From contig CAYPFW010000001.1 of assembly GCA_964410585.1 (NCBI GenBank), positions 32,001 through 96,000 of the forward strand: a DNA stretch of 64,000 nucleotides, given 5' to 3'. Under the pieces are notes generated by a model, which saw only the letters and a list, made by a program, of their open reading frames with translations, did no database searches and was not told where the DNA came from. The DNA comes from an uncultured archaeon (lineage in GTDB: Archaea > Aenigmatarchaeota > Aenigmatarchaeia > QMZP01 > JACQNV01). Below, one piece after another: positions 58,001 through 64,000 of this stretch. Made by a program: the position numbers and the translations under genes. Within the stretch, counting starts at the first letter, position 1, and each line of letters opens with the position of its first letter.

Positions 58001-58358
58001 AAAAACCTATCCAACATTTAACCAACAGGCTGTAGTTAGCTTGTTCACAAAAGACATCAAAGACCCAATTGTAAAAACATGGGACAACCAGTGCATACAA
58101 GTCCAGGTTATACGATGGAATCCAGACACAGGTCTTCTAACTTTCAAGGCGCCGAAGTTTAGTGGTTATCAAGCAGTTGAAAAAGCAACAAGCGGTTGCA
58201 CACCGCAAACGCCGCTAGCTTTATTACTGATGCTGATCTTAATACCAATAGGTGCAGTTGGTTTTTTGTTGTTTTACATGTACTACAGAAACAAAAAACT
58301 GCTGGGGCATGAGTTCCTATGGGAGAAGTACGTACAAAGCAAAGGAGACGCTAAATGA
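55053..58358 (+). CDS. Large Cys-rich type I membrane surface protein
   Basis: Signal peptide, two ET..DCGG..C..C units, two TSP1-like W(S/T)xC...Q.R...RSC units, C-terminal TM. Confidence 0.8.
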   Translation: MRKILFLPVFLLIISFIALPSQSQTTFRIMNVSFLFGDPYTGDPSTGVDPTNFIGECGGDLPKVCTDLGFTLPEGPGKQSGLGVDRTLCTKSDGTQSYQYSCDISGINSDKFIDKIDPISRVLTYKSDQLKGPIQYILHDILSTGFPNNLDPFVFTKSIPPLYSTVQVLAEPNGLVVIKPEEAVRKYDNTIAWNDSCVGDLSEQFTNDFYRMDKQTAAKNGFEIVENSCTGLVGQKLKYHVQVHQRGFNYEKQNVECKQGGSHYNQFYASTGPEPIPFPYIAMCEPDSGYRPLLSRDYEQTGQWGWPTYFPQRPRPGSTYSATNQYSFCEAFDMEYEDVHDSAGNLVSYIFGASDSPRCFLWPGPGDSVSIKQLSKILVWNFPYIFNPGSCGVFDSLRQRQQGGGKAGFNDPASYRRDAADIMCKKPILFNNPDYEDAERSGSYIFEPSKTKTDPGVQFLNNTVRPFFEQTDRLNQEYFSGPSKYRKIQFHLPVLTSIEVTDLQGNILAPKQQQLQNTTVTLYGVEVGQKIKIKAKVKELDSHNTSIFVFQSTNFGWGMFGPTQGGQVPIFGCDFIDSSTCLQGDVNFNNVTLTGPLHQNLGGVTQEKEIEFVYEIPLTYRAPLVGTTSLNPGDPYPLFIGFADEFSNFDSVKILFEIVPPICANQKHDASSGETDLDCGGQTCPTCLDGQRCNLDSDCQSGWCYSGSNLPPKPQPTYGDGICRTPTCSDGIQNQGETAVDCGGTNCAPCGGCQENWITSPWSACKGGQQTRIVRDTNSCNNPTPVNPRPATQRSCVNLAACVPTPNQCGGSNGCQILPYLNGVSCGSNQAGVCFAGSCYLPTTKKQPPVGQCLQTDWSPCEKHSINNKVGFYQIRNVVKGNLNVACTQLPPDQRPGAVRSCSPQAGPGPRDLCQQSLIASGFDTRLSTDFTSLANLNSVEGFKIGNQFGQIEFLGKSDLSSIDCSKLNNVFKIERNKVFVDTKTYPTFNQQAVVSLFTKDIKDPIVKTWDNQCIQVQVIRWNPDTGLLTFKAPKFSGYQAVEKATSGCTPQTPLALLLMLILIPIGAVGFLLFYMYYRNKKLLGHEFLWEKYVQSKGDAK

Positions 58359-59254
58359 AAAAAATATTTTTAATTTCAATAATTGCAGTTTTGTTCCTTG
58401 TCCAAATTTCAGTAGCTCAAGAGACAGCCCTTTGTTCAGATTCAGATGGTGCAGATATTTATTCCAAGGGTAGAACAGCTGGACAGGAGGCCTATATTTT
58501 CGAAGATGTGTGTCTTTCTAATTTTTTAGCCGAATCTGTTTGTGCAAACAACAAACAAACCTACCTTCTTTTTGAATGTCAAAATGGCTGTTCAGATGGG
58601 GCTTGTAAATTTTCTCCCCAAACCCAAACATGTAAACAGCAAGGCCCTCAAGTCTCCGTAGATGGAAAAATATATACAAGTAAATGTATTAAGTCAGAAA
58701 AAGATTCCACGTTCCCAGACTCAGCTTTGAAATATTCATGTGAACAAAATTCAGCTGGTTCTAAAATAGAATCGTGTGGCGACAAAATTTGTTCTGATGC
58801 ATCTGGCGAGCCTCAATGTATTTCTCCGGGGGCTGGTGAGTTTGCTTCAGTAGGATTGGATGAATCTATTTTTGATGATAATCTATTTTGCCAAAAGGTT
58901 GGTTCAGTAACCTTGTTTAACAAAAATTTATACACAGACACATGTGAAAACTTTAATCCAGAACTTGGATATTTAACGTCAGCTCTTCAGTATGGATGCA
59001 CAGAGGATAATCAATTAGCAACAATGACCCTCGACTGCAAACAAACAAATGAGAAATGTTTGGCAGGAAAATGTGTCCAACTAAACAATGAGAATGAAAA
59101 AACAAACTTCCCTTTAGGCGAGGATATGCCTTTAGCTCTTTTAGCATTTTTAGGTTTAGTTGGTTTGGTTGTTTTGTGTGTAGTGATTTTTGTAGTACAC
59201 CATATGCATTCCAAATTAAAAGAAGATCTGAAAAAGATGACAAAAAAGAAATAA
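58355..59254 (+). CDS. Cys-rich membrane-anchored protein
   Basis: CSDSDG and CQNGCSDGAC motifs; C-terminal TM. Confidence 0.8.
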   Translation: MKKIFLISIIAVLFLVQISVAQETALCSDSDGADIYSKGRTAGQEAYIFEDVCLSNFLAESVCANNKQTYLLFECQNGCSDGACKFSPQTQTCKQQGPQVSVDGKIYTSKCIKSEKDSTFPDSALKYSCEQNSAGSKIESCGDKICSDASGEPQCISPGAGEFASVGLDESIFDDNLFCQKVGSVTLFNKNLYTDTCENFNPELGYLTSALQYGCTEDNQLATMTLDCKQTNEKCLAGKCVQLNNENEKTNFPLGEDMPLALLAFLGLVGLVVLCVVIFVVHHMHSKLKEDLKKMTKKK

Positions 59255-59290
59255 CATCCAAAATTTGATGCTAAAAACCAATTTAACAAA

Positions 59291-59572
59291 CTAAACAACC
59301 TTGGGGCCCTTGAAGTGTTTTCCTTCTTTGTTTTTTGTTTGGCTCAAAGCTTTTTCTGAAGAAAAGCTTTCCCCAGTTTGGTCTTCCCGTATAACATTTT
59401 TTACTTCAACTGGCTGGAAAGTTGGCTCAATATTTTTCGTATCAACTTTTTTCAAATCCTCAAAGGCACCTAAAATATTTGTTAAGTCTTTTGAAAACTT
59501 ATCAACTTCTTTTTCTTCCAAATTTAGCCTTGCAATATCTGCAACTTTTTTCACAGTTTCTTTATTTATCAT
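59291..59572 (-). CDS. gatC: Asp/Glu-tRNA amidotransferase subunit C
   Basis: VADIARL, VDT..IEPT, RED and FKGPKVV motifs. Confidence 0.93.
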   Translation of the reverse strand: MINKETVKKVADIARLNLEEKEVDKFSKDLTNILGAFEDLKKVDTKNIEPTFQPVEVKNVIREDQTGESFSSEKALSQTKNKEGKHFKGPKVV

Positions 59573-59588
59573 ATTACAACTATAGTTC

Positions 59589-59662
59589 TTTTGGGTACTG
59601 TAGACTTTTCTCAGATTTCGGCCTTATAACATAAGGTCCTTTCATTTTAAGAAAAGGCTAGC
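59589..59662 (+). repeat. Intergenic element, family B
   Basis: TTTTGGGTACTGTAGACTTTT...AAAAGGCTAGC. Confidence 0.7.
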
Positions 59663-60822
59663 TACTCCTCAAATATTTCTACAACCTTATCTTGTTTTTT
59701 GTTTATTAAAAGCTCGAAAACGTTCTCATATTTTTGCACATCTAGGCCTTCTTTCTCCAAGTTTTCCCTAAGAAGTTTTTTTCCAAGTTCTTGGACAGAT
59801 AATTCTTGTTCCTGTATACTAACTCCACTTAGCTTTTCATCTTGTTTTTCAAAACCGAAATAAAGGAGGCCCTTGTCTCCATATTTTATTTTCAACTCAT
59901 CTGCAAACTTTCCGTCCCTAAGTTTTATTTTCACAAGCGGCGGCTTCAAAAAATTCTCTGAAAAAATTTCTTTTAACTTGCTTTCAATTTCCTCCTGAGA
60001 AGAGTTTTCAAAATTCAAATAAAAAACCTTTCTCTGAGTTTTGAGTTCCTCGAATTTTATTTCATTTGATAAAATACCTTCAATGCTTCTCTGTATATCG
60101 ATTTTGTAAACTCTAATAGGTTTTGTTTGACTTGTGATTTGTGTGACAACTAGAGAGCCAGGATGTATGAATGGTTTGTTGTCGTACATACTTTCTTTCG
60201 GTTCATGTATATGACCATTTATGTACAAATCAAAGCCTTTTGGTATTGATTCCTGAGGAAGCAAATGCTCAGCGAAAACAAAGCCTGAAATTGATTGATG
60301 CAACATCAAAATATTATATGTTCCGTCTATTGTTTTTGGATTCCACTGTTTCAAAATATTTTCTGCAAATTGGTCTGGTACACCACCCATTCCTTGGACA
60401 GCAATTTTCTCCCCATTTTTTTCCAGCACAATTCCGTTACAGTGAAGTTGGACCAAAAAGCCAGCGCGCTCCAAAGCCTCTACTGGATTTAACAGGCCTT
60501 TACTTCTCCTTTCGTGGTTTCCAAAAATTGAAATCACAGGAATCCCATATCCAAATTTTAGATTTTTTGATAAGTCCTTGTTTATCCCCTCAACAATTTT
60601 TGTCTCAGATTTTTTCCCAAAAGCAGACAACAGGTTCTCCATTGTTTTTGTAAAAATTTCTGTGTTTGGTGTCTTGTAATCAAAAATATCACCAGCAATC
60701 AAAATCAGATCACAGTCTTTGCAAATCTCCATTGCTTCTTCTAAGTTTTCAAAAGCATCTTTTTCCCTTTCTGTACCCTGACCAAAACCCAAGTGTATAT
60801 CTGAGAACAAGCCGATTTTCAT
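59662..60822 (-). CDS. mre11: Mre11/SbcD-family nuclease
   Basis: SDIHLG, AGDIFD, GNHE, LHQ, GHIH and PGS motifs. Confidence 0.9.
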   Translation of the reverse strand: MKIGLFSDIHLGFGQGTEREKDAFENLEEAMEICKDCDLILIAGDIFDYKTPNTEIFTKTMENLLSAFGKKSETKIVEGINKDLSKNLKFGYGIPVISIFGNHERRSKGLLNPVEALERAGFLVQLHCNGIVLEKNGEKIAVQGMGGVPDQFAENILKQWNPKTIDGTYNILMLHQSISGFVFAEHLLPQESIPKGFDLYINGHIHEPKESMYDNKPFIHPGSLVVTQITSQTKPIRVYKIDIQRSIEGILSNEIKFEELKTQRKVFYLNFENSSQEEIESKLKEIFSENFLKPPLVKIKLRDGKFADELKIKYGDKGLLYFGFEKQDEKLSGVSIQEQELSVQELGKKLLRENLEKEGLDVQKYENVFELLINKKQDKVVEIFEE

Positions 60823-60875
60823 ATGAATCTAAATTCAATCTAAACTTTATATATTCTGTAAATATAATATCCTAT

Positions 60876-61412
60876 ATGATATCAAAATCAGCCAAACTTG
60901 TTTTTGTTCTTCTATTAGTTTCAGTTGTTTTAATTTCTGGCTGCACAGAACAGTCTGTGGCAAATGGCTCAAGTCCATCTGATTCAGTCAATTCAAATCA
61001 GCTAACAGAATGCCCTCAAGGACAGGTAAAAACAGATTCAGGCTGTATGCCTGAAAACAAAGAAGAAACGCCTAATACAATTCCAGATGAATCTTCAAAA
61101 CCAGCAAATAACGAGCCTACCGAGCAATCACAAACTATCAAAGAATTTTCAATGACAGCCAAGCAATGGTCTTTTGACCCTGAAACAATTACAGTCAAGA
61201 AAGGAGATCATGTCAAACTAACAATAAAAAGCATAGATGTAACACACGGATTTGCTATCCCTGATTTTGGAGTGAGCGAAAACTTGGAGCCGAATAAAGA
61301 AATAGTTGTAGAATTTGATGCAGATAAGACAGGCACATTCACATTTTTCTGTTCTGTGTTCTGTGGTTCTGGTCATGCATCGATGAAAGGCACACTTGTT
61401 GTTGAAGAATAG
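60876..61412 (+). CDS. Cupredoxin lipoprotein with CuA-type ligand set
   Basis: ISGC lipobox; H...CSVFCGSGHASM; start reassigned to ATG 60876. Confidence 0.85.
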   Translation: MISKSAKLVFVLLLVSVVLISGCTEQSVANGSSPSDSVNSNQLTECPQGQVKTDSGCMPENKEETPNTIPDESSKPANNEPTEQSQTIKEFSMTAKQWSFDPETITVKKGDHVKLTIKSIDVTHGFAIPDFGVSENLEPNKEIVVEFDADKTGTFTFFCSVFCGSGHASMKGTLVVEE

Positions 61413-61525
61413 TTCAAATGCTAAACTGTTATTTCTGCATACAAAACTCTTTTAAACTACTTATGTATATAATATACATTCAAATTTCAATATCCAGTAT
61501 AGAAATTGTAGTTTAATCTAAAAAT

Positions 61526-62236
61526 ATGAGCGACGAAAAACCAAACTCTGAATCTGGGGAGCAGAAAGCTCAGTCATCTGAAGATGAAAAGCTGACAAAG
61601 CACGAGCTCAGAGAATTGAGAAGGAAAGAGTCTAAGGAAGAAAGAGAAAAGCAGAATTCTGAGTCGCAAAAATTCTCAATTGGTAAATACAGCAAATATC
61701 TAAAATATGTTGCAGTGTTTATTGTTGTTTTTGCCATAGTTTATGTTTGGTCTACTTCTTCTCCACAAGGACCAATGCCTTCAATAGGTCCTGTTGGATC
61801 AACACATATACATGCTGATTTAGGCCTGTTTTTAGATGGAAAAGAAATCACACCACTTCCAGAAAAATATTTTGTCAGAATTAGCGAAGTTCACATGGAA
61901 GGGGGTCCTGGAGTAGGTACAGTAATGCACATGCACTCAACTGGTGTGCCTTTGAAAATGTTTTTCAATAGTTTAGGAATGAGTTTTGATTCAAAGTGTT
62001 TCCAATTTGAGGGCCAAAGATACTGTTCAGATGAAACAAAGAACCTAAAAATGCTTGTTAAACATGAGGGTGGCCAGTGGGAACAAAACACAGATTTCGA
62101 GAGCTATGTTTTCAAAGACTTAGACAAAATTTTGATCACATATGGAAATGAAACACCAGAACAAATAGCCGAACAACAGAAACAAGTCACAGATGCTTCA
62201 AGGCTAAACTCAGAAAGAAAAATGACGGGATTTTAG
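61526..62236 (+). CDS. Membrane-anchored His-rich protein, homologous to the C-terminal domain of 37726-38802
   Basis: One TM; HIHAD...VHME...MHMH...LKMFFNSLG. Confidence 0.7.
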   Translation: MSDEKPNSESGEQKAQSSEDEKLTKHELRELRRKESKEEREKQNSESQKFSIGKYSKYLKYVAVFIVVFAIVYVWSTSSPQGPMPSIGPVGSTHIHADLGLFLDGKEITPLPEKYFVRISEVHMEGGPGVGTVMHMHSTGVPLKMFFNSLGMSFDSKCFQFEGQRYCSDETKNLKMLVKHEGGQWEQNTDFESYVFKDLDKILITYGNETPEQIAEQQKQVTDASRLNSERKMTGF

Positions 62237-62335
62237 TTCTTGTTTTTCGCGTGTAGTGTATTAGGTCACTTGAAAAGTATATAACTTATTCTGTGCTAAT
62301 TCTAAGTATAATCTGTATTTTAGAGTGAGGCATAA

Positions 62336-63112
62336 ATGAAAGATCCATTTAAAAAATATCCAGTGAAAACATACGTCCTTATAGCAGTTCTAATAATGTC
62401 AATCCCGGGGATCCTACAGTTTGGATACCAAAACACAGTTCCCCAAATGGTTTTGGCAGTCCTTGTGGCTGCTGGTTTAGATCTCCTAGTTAACAAACTG
62501 AAAAAAGGCCCGACATATTTTGTCCCAACTTCCGGAATAATTTCAGGTTTAATTGTCTCAACAATACTTGCTCCTGGCTCTGTTTGGTATGTCCCTGTGG
62601 CTGGTGCAGCAATTGCAATCTTGTCCAAACATGTTTTCAAAGTTAAGCTAAACAATTTCTGGAACCATGTTTTTAACCCAGCAAACTTCGCGCTGCTTGT
62701 ATTGGTTGGTTTTGGAATAGGAAAAGATGCTTGGTGGATTGGTACAAATTCTATTCTTGTTGCTATCCTCGGTTTGTTCATCTTATGGAGGCTTAGGAAA
62801 ATTTCAATAGTTGTCCCATTCTTTTTGTTTTTCCTCCTTTCAACTTCAATTACATCAGTCTTCATCCAAAGGCAACTGACAACTGACATACTTTTAGCAG
62901 AAGCAACAGGAGGCTCCACACTATTCTTCATGTTCATCATGCTCCAAGAACCAATGACAACACCAAGGAAAAAATATGGTAGGATAGTTTTTGGTTCAGT
63001 TGTTGGTGTTTTGGTTCCACTTCTTTTGGCTTTCCCTGCTACTGGTTTTATCAGCATATATTTTGCCTTGGCTATAGGAAACATTCTCGTGCCAATTTTA
63101 AATAGAGTATGA
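62336..63112 (+). CDS. RnfD/NqrB-like membrane protein
   Basis: SKH, HVFNPANF and FIMLQEPMTTP motifs. Confidence 0.75.
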   Translation: MKDPFKKYPVKTYVLIAVLIMSIPGILQFGYQNTVPQMVLAVLVAAGLDLLVNKLKKGPTYFVPTSGIISGLIVSTILAPGSVWYVPVAGAAIAILSKHVFKVKLNNFWNHVFNPANFALLVLVGFGIGKDAWWIGTNSILVAILGLFILWRLRKISIVVPFFLFFLLSTSITSVFIQRQLTTDILLAEATGGSTLFFMFIMLQEPMTTPRKKYGRIVFGSVVGVLVPLLLAFPATGFISIYFALAIGNILVPILNRV

Positions 63113-63264
63113 ACCAAACAACTTTAATCGGTCTGATAGCCCTTATCGGCTTTTTAGTTATCCTAGGTTTAGTCATCTACAAAACAGACCAAAAAATGAA
63201 GGAGTATTTGTTGCAGCATCCCGAGAAGGCAGGTTCAAATATAAATACTTCACTTGATAAATAA
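63109..63264 (+). CDS. 51-aa single-TM peptide
   Basis: ATGA overlap with the upstream gene; MNQTTLIGLIALIGFLVILGLVIYK... Confidence 0.5.
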   Translation: MNQTTLIGLIALIGFLVILGLVIYKTDQKMKEYLLQHPEKAGSNINTSLDK

Positions 63265-63268
63265 TGTT

Positions 63269-64000
63269 ATGCTTCAATGTTTTCTGCAGAAGAAAATAGT
63301 TTTTTCATTCTTATTTACAATTATTGTAGTTTCTTCAGTTCTTATTGTTAGAGCTGATGCACAGGGAACGTATACATATTATGGCATAACTTTCCAAGAA
63401 CCGTTGGGCTGGGAAAAGACATTTCCTTTTATAGGAACATTTATTGGTGGGGAAATTTCGCATTCTCAAGAGGTTATGTATGAGAAGGATGGTGCTATTA
63501 TATTTGTTACAAATGGTGGAAATGTACTGCTTTTAGATAAAAGCCCTAGAACATTATCTATAGGCAAAATTGAAGGTTTAAAGTTTGTATATAGTGATCC
63601 AGAGGAAAAAATTGAAGCGGAAGGTTTTGTATTTGATTATAAAGAAAAAGAATATTTTATAACAATTATAAGTAGTACAGGTATAAAAGAAGCCGATAGA
63701 ACTGTTTGGAAATCTCTAATAGAAAGCATTAATTTTGGGGATGTTGGTTTATCGCTGCTTTTAGCAGAAGATAGTATAGAAACCAAAAATGCTATACAAT
63801 TTTCTCCAGAGATCGACACAGACACAAATAATGAATTTATTCAAAATCTTCAAAAAGACATAAAAACTGTGACAATTGGCGGTGCCAAAGGAAAATCAAA
63901 TTTTGATGCTAATTTAGAAAGAACACTTAATCTTGAGAAACTAAATGCCCGTGTATTTGAGAACGGTAAACCCATAGAATTTGATGAAAAGGGTGAGCGC
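63269..64000 (+). CDS. Exported protein with PsbP-like N-terminal domain, truncated by the window edge
   Basis: Signal-like N-terminus; YGITFQEPLGWE...LIESINF; frame open to 64000. Confidence 0.6.
   Translation, partial: MLQCFLQKKIVFSFLFTIIVVSSVLIVRADAQGTYTYYGITFQEPLGWEKTFPFIGTFIGGEISHSQEVMYEKDGAIIFVTNGGNVLLLDKSPRTLSIGKIEGLKFVYSDPEEKIEAEGFVFDYKEKEYFITIISSTGIKEADRTVWKSLIESINFGDVGLSLLLAEDSIETKNAIQFSPEIDTDTNNEFIQNLQKDIKTVTIGGAKGKSNFDANLERTLNLEKLNARVFENGKPIEFDEKGER

Noticed and set aside
17583-59662. Dispersed repeats as a CRISPR array or integron attC sites
   Set aside because: They are not tandem, have no spacers, cas genes or integrase, and flank housekeeping genes in mixed orientation.
59662-60822. 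mre11 without adjacent rad50, and dispersed gatA/gatB/gatC
   Set aside because: Operon break-up is unremarkable in such genomes, and partners may lie outside the window.
62320-63117. 265-aa minus-strand ORF
   Set aside because: It is an antisense shadow of the RnfD-like membrane gene.

Overview
Gene-dense, AT-rich chromosomal window from an archaeon; eIF-2gamma, S6e, Dph6, GatABC, Mre11, TATA-type promoters and many Cys-rich surface proteins suggest a DPANN-type lineage (inference). Housekeeping genes (gdhA, argS, gatA/B/C, hppA, tRNA-Arg, mre11, a split ATP-citrate-lyase-like set) are interleaved with orphans and large secreted proteins. Main observations: (1) an apparently intact 3,269-bp cargo transposon (12986-16254) with perfect 16-bp terminal inverted repeats, a 9-bp target-site duplication, one DDE transposase and six cargo ORFs (AbrB-like, two wHTH, multi-CxxC membrane protein, NYN nuclease, 34-aa membrane peptide); (2) four modular families of intergenic palindromic elements, with compensatory changes in some, scattered across the window; (3) micro-ORFs missed by the ORF track, including a bS22/mS38-like basic peptide; (4) a circularly permuted CcdA; (5) three orphan ADP-ribosyltransferase-like proteins. 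All protein calls come from motif recognition by eye, not database searches.
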